From contig NC_087451.1 in NCBI RefSeq assembly GCF_036321535.1, positions 15,500,001 through 15,564,000 on the forward strand: a stretch of DNA of 64,000 nt. Direction: 5' to 3'. The notes below the pieces were generated by a model. It ran no database searches. It saw only the letters and a list, made by a program, of their open reading frames with translations, and was not told where the DNA came from. Origin of the DNA: Camelus dromedarius (taxonomy: Eukaryota). The position numbers and the translations under genes are program-made. The number at the start of each line of letters is the position of its first letter. The stretch's first letter is position 1. Positions 37,990-50,649 of the stretch are shown here, one piece after another.

Positions 37990-38620
37990 GCTGTTTCCTT
38001 TGTAATTTCCTTTATACATGTTATTCCCTCTCTCCAGAATTTTCTTCCACTCTTGTCCATCCAGTGAATGCCTTGTCCTTCAATCTGGCCCTGCTCAAAT
38101 GCCACCTCCTCTTTGGAGCCTTCCTTGACTGCCAGGAGACTTAAAATAAAGCCCTGTGCCAGGCCTAAAGCCAGATGGGAACAGACAACTAAATATTTGC
38201 CCTCAGAAGGCTTGTCATCTAGTGGGGAAAATGAACATCACAGCAGCAAAAGTCACTTTAATACCAGCAGATGAGGGCTAAGTTCCAAATGAGGGCTATG
38301 AGAGATAGAGAGAGGCATTCATGTGTGCTGGAAAAGTCAAGAAAGGAGGTGGGGCTTCCTGGGGGAGGTGGAGCCAGAGTTGGGTACTCGGATGGGGTAG
38401 GAAGACCAGTGTGCAGGAAAGGCATGGGAGAAAGGTTTAAGCAAGGGATAGTGACAAGGCCAACCTGGCTGGGGTCTGGGAAGGGAAGCATGTGGAAGCA
38501 GCGAGCCGAGGCTGGAGAAGAATGCTGGGAACCAAGCTGGAAAGCTCTGGATGCCATGCTGAGCAGTTCACACTGTATCCAGTGGGCAATGGGGAGACTG
38601 GCAAGGCAGCAGGGCTGAGT
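37990..38620. mobile_element. L2 fragments
   Basis: ctcaaatgccacctcctctttggagccttccttgact (+) and purine-rich minus-strand L2 text. Confidence 0.65.
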
Positions 38621-39589
38621 GGAAACAGCATGATCAGGAATTCCAGGGCCCTTACAGTGCTGGCTTTCTCTCTCTCAAAGGCTGCTGTCCAAGCCCACAG
38701 GAAATGCGCTGAAGTTTCGGGGCAGAGAGGGATCATGCTGCATCTGTCCTAAAGACCGGGGACCTCTGACCAGGAGGGAGACCAGCCCACAGACCCAGCA
38801 GACAGTGCTGAGGCCTGGCATGCTGCCCTTCAGGTGAGACGCCTTTTGTTCTATTTTCCTTCCCACCCCCACTCTACTCCGTTTTACAGCAGTAAGGAAG
38901 AAGCAGCCCCATTTTGGCTCTCCTGCACTGCCTGAAATTCCCTTCTCACTCCCAAGTCTCTGTCTGGTGATCTCCTACCCATTCTTCTAACCCCAGTTCA
39001 AACCCCTCTTCTTTGGAATCTTCCCTGAATCAGCCAAGCAGAAAAAAATCACTCCTACTTTGTTCACATTTAGTGAACTGCTTATTACATTGGCACGGCT
39101 GGAGGTTAAGGACAATGGCTGACCTACCTTTATAGTCCTAGAGAGAAACACAACGCCTGACCCAAAGCAGACACTCGATAAATAGGTATGAAGTGTACCG
39201 TTGAGCTGTTTACTGCCCCCCGGGAGCTCCACGCAGCCCAACCGCAGCTAGAGCACTGTGTCCTCTTCCCATTAAGAAAAACAAAGCACAGGTGACCAGA
39301 GTGGGAAAGGACCTGGAAAATGGGTCCTATAAGAAAGAATCTAAAGCACCAGGGGGTGTTTGGGTTGGAAAAAAGAAGACTTAGTAGACCTAGAATAGAT
39401 TTCTTCAAACACTATGTGAAAAACTGCAGAGAAAGCAGATTTGATGTGTAGCCTCCAGAGGCCAAAACTGGGGCCACTTGTGGAAGTTAGGAGGAAGCAG
39501 GTTTCAGCGGAGATTAAGAAAAGCATACTTAAAAAACTATAGCCCTCTGAGCTACCGCATAATACGTGCTGAATAAATGAATGGCAAAT

Positions 39590-39900
39590 GCGGTTAAGGT
39601 GTCTAGTGAAAAACCTTCGACTGGTATTCAGATTGCCTGGGTCCCAATTCTGCCCCAACTGCTGGCTGACTAAGCAAATGATGATGATGTTGAAGATGAA
39701 GATAGTTAGCTAAATGACAGTTTGAGTGCGGCACTGTGCCAAGAGCTTTAGATTTATTATCTGCTCCATCCTCACAACTGTAGGGGTAGCAACTAGTATG
39801 TTCCTCACTTAAAGAAGAAGAAGAAACTGAGGGTCAGAGAGGTCACACCACTTGAGTGATAGAGCCAGGACTCAAAATCAGGTTTGATCTACTCCAAAGC
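39590..39900. mobile_element. MIR fragments
   Basis: gattgcctgggtcccaattctgcc (+); gaagaaactgagggtcagagaggtcacacc (-). Confidence 0.7.
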
Positions 39901-40094
39901 TTGAGGCCCACTACCCTAGAACACCCTTCTGAAATTCAGTTTTTTCATAAAACAGGTTTTTAAGCCATTTTAGCAAGCAGCAGTTTTAAAATATTACACG
40001 GAACCTCAACATGCAGAAGTCTACCTAGAGGTGCCAGAATTTAGGCCCACTGCCTCCTCTCTCCCCTCAGCACCCCCACTTGTGCGGGCACCCC

Positions 40095-41039
40095 ATGGCC
40101 CTGGCCAACCGCACCTCTGCCCCAGAGTTCCTCCTCCTGGGCCTGATGGACGGGACAGACATCCACCTGCTGTTGTTCCTGATCTTCCTTGGTGTCTACC
40201 TGGTCAATGCCCTGGGCAACCTGAGCATGGTGGTGGTGGTAAGGTCTGACGGGGCTCTCCGCTCCCCCATGCATTACTTCTTGGGCCACCTGAGCCTCGT
40301 GGACCTCTGCTTTACCACCGTCACTGTTCCCAGACTGCTGGCCGGCCCGCTCCACCCGGGCCAGGCCGTGTCCTTCCAGGGATGCTTTGCCCAGATGTAC
40401 TTCTTCGGGGCTTTGGGCATCACCGAGAGCTACCTGCTGGCCGCCATGTCCTACGACCGCGCAGTGGCCGTCTGACGCCCCCTGCACTACGGCGCGGTCA
40501 TGACTCCCTGGCGGTCTGCAGCGCTGGTGGGGGCGTCCTGGGCGGTGGCCCACCTGCACTCGCTGCTGCACACGCTACTCATGTCCCAGCTCTCCTACCC
40601 GCGATCCGCCCCCGTGCGCCACTTCTTCTGTGACATGACGGTGATGCTGAGCCTGGCGACCTCGGACACGTCTGCCGTGGAGACAGCCGTCTTCTCCGAG
40701 GGCCTGGCCGTGGTGCTGACCCCGCTGCTCCTGGTGTCCCTGTCCTACGTGCGCATCCTCGTCGCGGTGCTGGGAGTGCGGTCTGCGGAGGGGCGGCGCC
40801 GCGCCTTCTCCACCTGCGGGGCCCACCTGGTGGTGGTGTCGCTTTTCTTCAGCTCGGTCCTCTCGGTCTATTTCCGGCCGTCGTCTGCCTACTCTGCCCA
40901 CTACGACCGCCTGGCTAGCGTGGTCTATGCAGTAGTCACACCGACCCTGAACCCTTTCATCTACAGCCTTCGCAACAAAGAGGTCAAGGACGCCCTAAAA
41001 AGGGGGTTCCGGTGGAGAGCTGCACCCCAAGAGGTGTGA
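40095..41039 (+). pseudogene. OR1R1: OR1R1-like olfactory receptor, full length (314 codons) with one in-frame TGA at 40473-40475
   Basis: MALANRT sequon, [46 protein letters not shown]; both ORF halves are in the same frame; acceptor ctcccctcag ends at 40070. Confidence 0.92.
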
Positions 41040-41429
41040 GGGCAGGTCTGGATTCACTGGCGTTTCAACAATAATGACTACAAGAGAACTACGCTCTACC
41101 CTTGCCCCCGTTTTGTTTTAGCTTTCCAAAGCACTAGCAATTTTTATTCCTACAGTGTCTTAATTTCTTGTTATATTAAAAATTAGACCTGAAGCAAACG
41201 TGACAAGGTGTTTATTCACAGGGATGGATACAGAGCAATAAGTGAAATTCGTTTCTGTATTGTCTGGATGTTTGAAATAGAGTCTACTTTTAAATTTTGG
41301 AGTTTATAAAACAACTTTATAAATAGCCAACTCTCCCTCATAAATCAATGTAACAATTCAACATAACTTCAGTTTATTTCCCAACAACGTTTTTATTGGG
41401 ATATAACAAGATAGATCTGAAGGTGGATC

Positions 41430-42480
41430 AAAGATAGAGATGTAGAAACTACAAGTTTATAGGAACTAGGGATAAAAATGGGATAACACAATTTCAGGAT
41501 AGAAGAGCCCTCTCCAAGCATGTCAAAGAAAAAAAGTATATCCGAAATAAAGATCAAGTTATTTGTCTACTTTGAAATTCGCAATCTTCAGCGAGGGGAA
41601 AATACACCATATCAAAGTCAAAAGATGAATAACTGAGGGAAATGCAACCTACAAGACAGATAAAGCAATGCTATTCATAGGGAAAAACTCGACTCAAAGC
41701 AAAGAATATGCACAAATAACACATCAAAAGCTCATCAGTATAAAGAAGTGTTTGACGTCACTGACATACACAGAAATTCAATTTAAAAATAGAAAAATCT
41801 CATAGTTTGGGACATCAGGTTGATAAATATTTTGAAAGCAAAATATCCAGTTTGGGAAACATTGTAAAGAAATAACCGCTCTCATTTAATTCTGGAGGGC
41901 GTCTACCTTAGAAGAACTCTTTGGAGGTGGTTTCTATCCAATTGTAAAAATTCACATCCTTTGATTGAGTACACTCATTTCTAAGAATGTGTCCATAGTA
42001 ACACAGCATAAGTCCACACACACACACACACACACACAAAACACATATGAACCAGGAAATAAAACTGAAGCATTGCTCAAAATAATAAAAAACTGAAAAC
42101 AACCCAAATGTCCATCAAGAATAAATTACTTAAATAAATTATGGTAAATGCACCCGTTCAACAAAACACTATAATGCTTCTAAAATAGTTACATGTCTTT
42201 ATATTAAATTATGAATTCAGAATATATTTCAAGTAACAACAGTGAGAAAATGGCAGCTAGTCCTATTGATTTGTTGTATATAAAGTTAGTCTGTGCATTG
42301 ACAATATTTAGAAGAGCATTCCCCAACTTTTAACTGCCATCATGGAAGGAAGTGCAGAACAATGGGAGATCCACACATTCCACTCTATTATTTATTTCTT
42401 TGCTGTTTGGATATTTCCTGGTGAGAATGCATTATTTTCATAATCAATAAAATTTTCTGAAGAAGAAATGAAATAAAAGC
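41430..42480 (+). mobile_element. Old L1 (L1ME-type) 3' region with (CA)n at ~42016-42037
   Basis: aaaactgaaaacaacccaaatgtccatcaagaataaattacttaaataaattatggt. Confidence 0.7.
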
Positions 42481-43512
42481 TGCCATTATTAGGAAGACTT
42501 CTTTTAAAAGGTGAGATTTTTAAGACATAAATTCATTTCAAGAAACACACCAAAATACATTCAAATCAAATCAATAAATATTTATTCTTTGTCTAACAGA
42601 TACAAGGCACTGAATTAGGCATTGCAGGGGTTAGAAGGCACAAGGCACCTGTCTTCAAGACACTTGCAATATACGTGATAAGAAAAGAAGTAAACAAAAA
42701 AAGCATCAAGTAATTTCAGCATAATATTCCAGCAGAAAAACTCTACCCAGGGATCATAAATAGATTCTAGTCCTTCTATCACTATTTGTGTTACCTTCGG
42801 CTCTAGATGGGCCACCATTTTACTGTCTATAAATTAAGAAATTCATAACAGAATTCTACGGTCCATTCCATATCATATGATTTTAATTCAAAAGAGGAAT
42901 TCTCATCCAAAATATAGACATTATCAAAAGAAATAATTTGCCATTAACCGATAAATGATTGGTACAATTAAAGGGAAAGAGATAATTTTAGAATGTGGTC
43001 ATTAAAAGGGTGACTCAATCAACAACCGAAAATAAAATGAAGAACTGAATGGGCTAGCAAGGGGAGACATGATGATCCTGGAGAGTAAACTATTACAATA
43101 GCAACCACATAATAAACTGGAAGATATTCTTCATGGAACAGATATGTTTGGCAAAAGCAAAGCACTGAAGTGGCTGAGGAATTCGGATGTATCTTCTAGA
43201 GAATTAGGAACTATTATACATTCTTTGAGTGCAGTAAACACCAAGGTTACAGTCGTATTTATTCAAAATCGAACTAACAGTCATCGAGTGTCCACTACAT
43301 GTCAGCCCTTGTGCTACATCACACCCAAGACACAGTGGTAAACCCAAGAGGCACAATGGACCCTCATCTAATTACATTTGGGAAAACGCCCCTTCGAAGT
43401 GCTGTGGGGGCTGCATTAGTAGTGCCAAGCTTGAGTGCTCCTAGACTATTCAGAATGCTACTTATTGTCAGTATTACACCTACTATCTGAAAACATACTT
43501 TAATCTTTAAAG

Positions 43513-44463
43513 TCACTGTCCCAGAGAAAAGTGAATTGTCTGCTTTGAAAAGGCTCTTCCCAGGGCTCCCTTTATGTCTTGATTCCTCAGACTGTAAATA
43601 AAGGGGTTCAGCATGGGGGTCACCACAGTGTACATCACAGCCATGATAGTCTCCTTAACAGTAGAATTGTTAGCTGAAGGGCACAAGTAGAGGCCAATGA
43701 TTGTCCCATAAAAGAGAGACACCACAGAGAGGTGGGAGCCACAGGTGGAGAAGGCCTTGCGGATACCCCTGGCAGAAGGGACCTTGAGGATGGAGGACAC
43801 TATTCGAGCATAGGATAAAAAGATCAACAGAAATGGAACAATAATGACAAGCCCACCCAAGATAAAAATCACCATTTCATTTATCTGAATGTCAGAGCAG
43901 GCCAACTTTAGCAGAGCTGACATGTCACAGAAAAAGTGGGGGATCACATTATCAGCACAGAAAGACAGTTGAGCCATCAGCAAGGTGTGCAACAAAGAGA
44001 TGAATATGGTCAGCACCCAGGACAGCACCACCAGGGACAGACAGAGCTTGGGGCTCATGATGGTGGTGTAGTGCAGGGGGAAGCAGATGGCCACATAGCG
44101 GTCATAGGCCATGGCCACAAGGAGGAAGCTCTCTAGGTCTGCAAAAAGCAGGAAGAAGTACATTTGGGTCAGGCATCCTGCATACGGGATGGATGGGACT
44201 TCACTCTGCATGTTCTGCAGCAATTTGGGCATTGTGACAGAGGAAAAGCAGAGGTCAGAGAAAGACAAATTGCTGAGAAACAAATACATGGGCGTGTGGA
44301 GGTGAGAGTCCAGTCGAATGAGGACAATGATGAGGAGGTTCCCAAGGATGGTGGTAAGATACATGGCCAGGAACAGAGCATAGAACAGGTCTCGCTGATC
44401 TGGTTCAATGGGCAGGCCCAGGAGGAGGAACTCTGAGATGACAGTTTGGTTTCCAATTTTCAT
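43513..44463 (-). CDS. OR1E: Olfactory receptor, family 1E, 316 aa, intact
   Basis: NQT sequon, [42 protein letters not shown]. Confidence 0.97.
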   Translation of the reverse strand: MKIGNQTVISEFLLLGLPIEPDQRDLFYALFLAMYLTTILGNLLIIVLIRLDSHLHTPMYLFLSNLSFSDLCFSSVTMPKLLQNMQSEVPSIPYAGCLTQMYFFLLFADLESFLLVAMAYDRYVAICFPLHYTTIMSPKLCLSLVVLSWVLTIFISLLHTLLMAQLSFCADNVIPHFFCDMSALLKLACSDIQINEMVIFILGGLVIIVPFLLIFLSYARIVSSILKVPSARGIRKAFSTCGSHLSVVSLFYGTIIGLYLCPSANNSTVKETIMAVMYTVVTPMLNPFIYSLRNQDIKGALGRAFSKQTIHFSLGQ

Positions 44464-44979
44464 GTTGTTTTTGTTTTACCTTTTTAAAAGTAATAATTTG
44501 TATGAAAGTATGAGCCTATATATACATATATATATACACACACACACACACACATACACACATACATGTATATAAATATTTCAGAACTTCCAAAAAGATA
44601 TTTTTAATTAAATACTCATATGTCATAATAGTTAAGTTTAATACTTTATTTTAAATATTCCAAGTATATAAAGAAATATTTACATAAAGGAAAAGCACAA
44701 AAGCATATAAAGTAGTGAGTCAAATTAAATCATATTCCAGAATTCTGTAACATTGTTCAATAACAGAACCATGGGTAGGGTCAGATCAACATGATCTGAA
44801 AGTAGACTGGAAGTAATCTAAGTCTGTATGCCTCTCACTTAGGGATACAAATATTATATCAACCAGAAAACCAGTCACCATTCTTACCACTCAGGAATGA
44901 TGCTGATGGTTATTAAGATGGTGCTGGTGGTGACAATGACAACGATGACGATGACTGATGACAGTAGTAATAAGACCAT

Positions 44980-45200
44980 GGAAATATTTGCCAGAGCTTG
45001 CTCTTGCTGAGATAGAAGCTTAAGATGCATAGACTCATTTACTCTTCACAGCAACCCTATGAGATAGGTACTACTATCTCCATTTTTTAAGATAAAAATT
45101 AAGTAACTTGTCTAAAGTCCCACACCTATTAAGCAACAGACCTGGGACTTAAGTCCAACAGTCTAACTTCAGAGCATAACTTTTAACCAAGAGTGCTTCC
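44980..45200 (-). mobile_element. MIR SINE
   Basis: tcatttactcttcacagcaaccctatgagataggtactactatctccatttt. Confidence 0.85.
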
Positions 45201-45380
45201 AGGACTGGTTACACAATGCAAGTGAGCGTGTCTTATTGAAAGAAAGTCTCATGGATGAGAGCACAGATAGAATGAGCTCTGAGAGTAATGCATTCTGGGG
45301 GAGGAAATGGGAAATGTTTTTTATTCACACATCTGATCATTTAAAAGAGAGGTCTACAGTCAGCTTCAGAATATCTACAA

Positions 45381-45450
45381 ATATCTATCTATATATCTAT
45401 ATCTATATCTATATCTATATCTATATCTATATCTATCTATCTATCTATAT
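45381..45450 (+). repeat. Compound (TATATC)n/(TATC)n microsatellite
   Basis: Directly visible tandem units. Confidence 0.95.
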
Positions 45451-48055
45451 AAATAACAACCACTTCCTCCGGGTCATGTAATAGAGCAGGAGGGCAAGTG
45501 AAAGATCTCCCTTTGGTGCACAAAAACATCAGAAACCATGAAACATGTGGGGCAAATCAACCAACTCAAGGAGCGGGAAATAAAAGGGTCCTTGAACTCT
45601 CTCAATTTGTGAATATCTCAAAAATTATAGATAGAATAATTTTTGAGACATTAATCTTTGAAGGTTTTCTTTCCTTGCTTTTCACTTTCACTTTTCCCTT
45701 TCAGATGGGTAGTCAGCTCTATGTTCATTGCCTCAGGATAAAGATGCGGCAGGAAAGAAGAAATAGTCCACGGGTTTTCCCTGTTTTTATTTCCAAACCC
45801 AGAACCCGGGAATGAGGACAAAATTTGCTGGTAAAGAAAAAATGTCTTGGCCAGAACTGGAAGGTGAAGAGAATCTTTGCCCCAGCAAATGAAAAAGAGA
45901 TTTCCTCAAGCTTGGGGGCAGAGGAAGGGTGGGAGAGAATGGTCAGTGGGTCCCAAGAAGAGGGTGGACCTGGCAGTGCCACTAGGAAAGCAGGAAGATA
46001 AGATACAAGTACTAATTCAGAGGAGAGGAAAACTTTTTTGTAAATACCGTATGTAATTTGTCAATAAATCTGATGATTCCATGAAATGGTTAATTTCAGA
46101 AAGGGGGAAAAAGCATAAATGACCAATATTTACTGAAGAAACCAGAGACCAGTATTGGGCTTCTCCTGTTGTTTCTCTGGATCCCTCAAGAGCCAGTGGA
46201 CTGGCATTTGTCTTTTGTTTTTCACCCAGTCAGGCAATTAGAGCTACAGTCTTCTAAATAAGGAGTCATGAGCTCAAATCTCACTGCAGCTGCTTTATAT
46301 AATATAACCTCTAGAGAGGACCCTCCATGAGGGCAAGGAATGTGTCTGTCTTGATCACTTGAGAGTCAAGTTTATCTGCTTAGCCAAAAGTCTGGTAAGG
46401 GTCTAGTCACCAATGCAAACACAGCAGTGAAATCTCCCAGTCTGACTCTCCCTGTAACATTTCCTCCTCCACAAGAATCCACCATTGGAGGTTGAAGAAG
46501 ATGGTAGGCTAGGGAGCAGTGAGGAGCTAGAGAATCAAAGGGCCACCAGGATCCTGAGCACTGGGTAGCTGTCCTGAGCTACCTCTCCACTAGCTTTACT
46601 GGGAGTAAGTAGAATTCAAAACCAAGTGGGCGTTCTGCCACCACACATCCACCTTCTCTCTGGTCTGCTCTCAGCACTCCTATTCCGAAGAAAAGCCTAT
46701 CTATTTGTCCACCCACCCAGCTCATCACACCCCCTCAGCCACCCACCTCGGTGGGTACGAAGAAGGAGATGGACAAGCCAAAACTGATCCAAGCCCATGC
46801 GCCATGCCAGCCTAGCGGGGGTGCCATTTAGACCTACAGGGGCTGCTCAAACTGCAGAATGTCATAAAGGTGTGACTTGCTGAAGACTAGATGGCAGTAG
46901 AAGTTCTTTCACCATCTACAGGCACTAAACCCCACCCCCACCCCAAAGCTTTGGATCCAATTCTTGACACTGGAACTACTGGAAAAGTTTCTCTTTGATT
47001 TCTTTGTTACCTAGATTAATACTATCCCAGTCCACATGAAAATCTTTTCTCTTTTCCCTTTTAAGACTTTATTGACCTAGAGGACATTAGTCATGGAAGT
47101 AAGAGTTAGAAGGGAATGGGACATTCTAGGAACATCAGGAGGAGCAGCTGAGGTTGGGAGTACCCCCAGTGTGGCATATGCAGTATTTAAATGCTAGGTC
47201 CCTGAATCTGGGGTCATCTTACTACACTCCTACGAGTTTCATGGCCTTGGGCAAGGAATTTAACCTCCCCTAGTCAGAATTCTCTCATCAGTTTAATAGC
47301 AATACAACATTATTTAATTTATTATGCCAAAGGAAGGTGAGACAAAGTGCAGCATTAGTAAGACTCACTACTGTCATTGTTTAGTTCTGTGATGAGGATG
47401 CAGCATTTTCCCAAGTACCCCCACCCCAATTCCCCTCCCTCTCCAATGAGCCCAGTGTCTTGGTGCTAGTAGAGAAGGTATGAAGGAGCACTGTGAGATG
47501 GAAGAAGCTACTGGCCCAGAGGGACAGATTGGAACTGAAATAGTGAAGATTTCCTCTCAAACTAGGAATCCATTCCTTGTTAAAGATATTACTATTAGGA
47601 CAGCTCAATAGAGGGTGAATAAAACTGGCTTCATGGAATGGGGCCCCCAGGATGAGCTCTTACACTCTGTTTACCTCACCCCCAAGCAAAATATTCAGGA
47701 GCCCAGAGGAGTCAGACTCCATTATTTACTGGGCTGTGATCTTGGCAAATTGCTGAACTTCTCCAACCTTACACGCCACCACCAGTGAATCTTACACACC
47801 TCACAGATTTGGGTTTGGAATGATGGGTGTTTGCAAAATATAAAGTACTTCACAAATACACCATTTACTAGTTCTTATTAACAGCTCTGGTGATTCCCAA
47901 TTACTGTTAAAGGGAGGAATCACTGCTGAGAGTGGAAAACAATGAGGATGATGGCTTCTAAATCATCTGCAGGAGTTGCACTATAGAATTATGGAATCCT
48001 AATATCTGTTAAAGGGGATTTTACAACAACTACCTCTTCTGCCCTCCCAGCTTAC

Positions 48056-48207
48056 CCAGCTTATCTGAGTGTGGCTCCAGAGCCTGCTTCCTGTGTGCTA
48101 CTTCCACATAGTGCATGCCAGCTAGAGTCTCCGCCGTTGTCTTCTGACTCATTTCTTCTACAATGCCCTGGCCCCTGGGATCCCTGGGCCCCAAAGAAAC
48201 TCATTAG
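48056..48207 (-). promoter_or_regulatory. Predicted first exon and promoter of the 43513-44463 OR1E gene
   Basis: Donor TGG|GTAAGC at 48056/48055; O/E sites cccctggga 48172-48180 and tccctgggc 48181-48189; CTAATGAG on the minus strand at 48207-48200; homologous to 57014-57260. Confidence 0.68.
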
Positions 48208-48544
48208 TAACAAACCCAGTACTTGCACCCGCCTTACTGAGCCACAGTTCTGAGCCACGTTTCTAAATAAGGCATGTCCAGAGATGGAATCCTGGGTTCA
48301 CCCCAAGTCTGAGCTTCTCCCTTGACCATCAGAGCCCATGCTAACACTTCCCTTCCCTATCTTCTGCAGTGCCTGGTCGTCTCCAGCAGCTATCAGAATC
48401 CAATACCGCAGCATTCGATCACGGCTGTTTTCTGTTGTCCAACGACTGCTTCCTAATACACTGAACTTCTCTCCTCAGCTGGAGTTTAAGCTCCATGATA
48501 GCAAGTAATGTGTTGAATGACTCACCCAGGAAATACTTTCTCAT

Positions 48545-48990
48545 TAATTCATTAATGCATTTCTTCAAGAAATATTTACTGGGTAACTGCCATGTATAAG
48601 ACATTGTACCATGTGCGATGGGACATAGAGTGGCCAAGGAAGACGTGGTCCCTGACTTCTGGGAGCTTATAGTCTAGCTGGCAGACATTACAACAAAACA
48701 AGCTACTATCAAGTGTTACAAATGTTATCATAGGGGAAATATAGGATGTGGTGGGAGTACCTATCAAGGACACCTAACCTTATCCAGGGGGGCAGAGAGG
48801 ACATTTTGTTAATGAAAGTTAAGTGGTATCTGAGGAGTTTTTCAGGAAAAGGGCATGAAAGTATCCAGAGAGAGGAAATGGTAAATGGAAATGCCCAGAG
48901 GTGAGAGAGCCTGGAGCTTTTTACAAAGTAAACGAAGTTCATTGTGACTGAGATATAGGTTTGGAGGAAGGCAGAGGATGGGGGTCATTG
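48545..48990 (-). mobile_element. L2 3' end
   Basis: cattaatgcatttcttcaagaaatatttactggg...gtggtccctgacttctgggagcttatagtctag. Confidence 0.8.
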
Positions 48991-49009
48991 GGAAGGGGGA
49001 AAGATGAGT

Positions 49010-49560
49010 GATATAGTTTGGTGATTCCTCAAAAAGTTATATAGAGAATTACCATGTTACACAGCAATGCCACTCCTAGATATGTACCTAAAAAAGCTGA
49101 GGTATCAAATACTTGTATATGAATGTTCATAGCTGCACTATTCACAGTAGCCCTAAAGTGGAAACAACCATCAACTGAGAGCTGAATAAATGAAATGTGG
49201 TTTATCCATACAATGGAATATTATTCAGCAATAAAAATAAATGAAATACTAATACATACTATAATATGGATGAACCTTAAAAACAATTGAAAGAAGCCAG
49301 TCACAAAAACCACATATGGTATGATTCTATTTATATGAAATATGAAAATAGGTAAATCCATAGAGACGTAAAGTAGATTGGCGATAGCTAGGGGAAAATG
49401 CATAGTGATTGTTAACGGCCATGGGATTTCTTTGGAGGTAATGAAAATGTCCTAAAATTGTGGTGATGGTTTCACAGCTCTTAATATATAATAAAGTTGT
49501 ACTTTAAGTGGGTGGATTGTATGGTGTATGAATTATATGTTAACAAATTTCTAATAAAGA
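49010..49560 (+). mobile_element. L1MB-type 3' end
   Basis: aaatgtggtttatccatacaatggaatattattcagcaataaaa...gtatgattctatttatatgaaat. Confidence 0.85.
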
Positions 49561-50146
49561 ATGAGACTTTCAGCCTGTGACATTATTGAGTGTGATGAGA
49601 TAAATATATTCAAATCCTTCCCATCCTAAAAAATAAACACAATACAAAGCCGAAGAATAAGCCTTTAGGGGAGAGCTACCTTCATGACTACGTACGTTAT
49701 GTCTGTGATACCAAATTCTGAATGAAAGTTGAAAACTTAAAAGAAAAAAAAAAGAACCGGTCTTTATCATTGGGGAAGTTTGTATACAGATTGCATATTA
49801 TATATGTGTATTAATGTTAAGTTTCTTAGATGTGACAGTGCTACTGCAGTTATGTATGAGACTGTTCTTGTTTCTAGGGGCTCTGGAATGCTGAATATAG
49901 TGGTTAAATGTCTTGATATATGAAAGTTATCTCAAATGCTCTCAAAAAGGAGAGGAGAAAGGAAAGAAGGAAAAGAAAGAATTAGAGAGAGAATAATTAA
50001 GAAAGTGGGGCAGGGAGGGAGGGAGAGATTTGTATGTGAAATAGATATGAACAAGTGAAATGTGGATAGATTTGATGGAGTATAATAAAGACAGTCTGAT
50101 TTGAAACTAAGCTTGTAACTTTTACTTTGAATGACAGAAGTTTATT

Positions 50147-50432
50147 TATTTATTTTTATTTTTTAACTTTTTTTATTGATTTATAATCATTTTACAATGT
50201 TGTGTCAAATTCCAGTGTAGAGCACAATTTTTCAATTATACATGAACATATATATATTCATTGTCACATTCCTTTCTCTGTGAGCTACCATAAGATCTTG
50301 TATATATTTCCCTGTGCTATACAGTATAATCTTGTTTATCTATTCTACAATTTTGAAATCCCAGTCTATCTCTTCCCACCCCCTACCCCCTTGGCAACTA
50401 CAAGTCTGTATTCTGTGTCTGTGAGTCTATTA
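50147..50432 (-). mobile_element. Young camelid-type L1 3' UTR insertion
   Basis: TSD gaatgacagaagtttatt (50129-50146) / gaatgtcagaagtttatt (50433-50450), 17/18 identical; T-rich head; ttttattgatttataatcattttacaatgttgtgtcaaattccagtgtagagc. Confidence 0.9.
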
Positions 50433-50649
50433 GAATGTCAGAAGTTTATTGACATTGGGTTTCATTTTCTAAAAATCTGAGTTCAATCATATATCTTGCT
50501 TCTGCAGTGATAATATTTATAGAATCATAATATTGCAAATTCTGTTTCTCTTCTTAATTTGTAGAAAATGAAGTTATAATTTTTTATCTATATTGATTGT
50601 GTTGCATAAGTTTCAAATCCGCTACAAAAATTATTGGTCTTATTAAAGT

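Noticed and set aside
38600-38833. Possible first exon and promoter of OR1R1 (donor CAG|GTGAGA at 38833/38834)
   Set aside because: The donor is plausible, but there is no clear O/E plus homeodomain pair and no paralogue to confirm it.
49565-49728. Apparent C/D snoRNA (GTGATGA...CTGA with actttca/tgaaagt pairing) followed by an A-rich run
   Set aside because: The interior resembles a decayed L1MC/ME 3' UTR module, similar to the one at ~49800-49950. There is no TSD, and box C is far from the stem.
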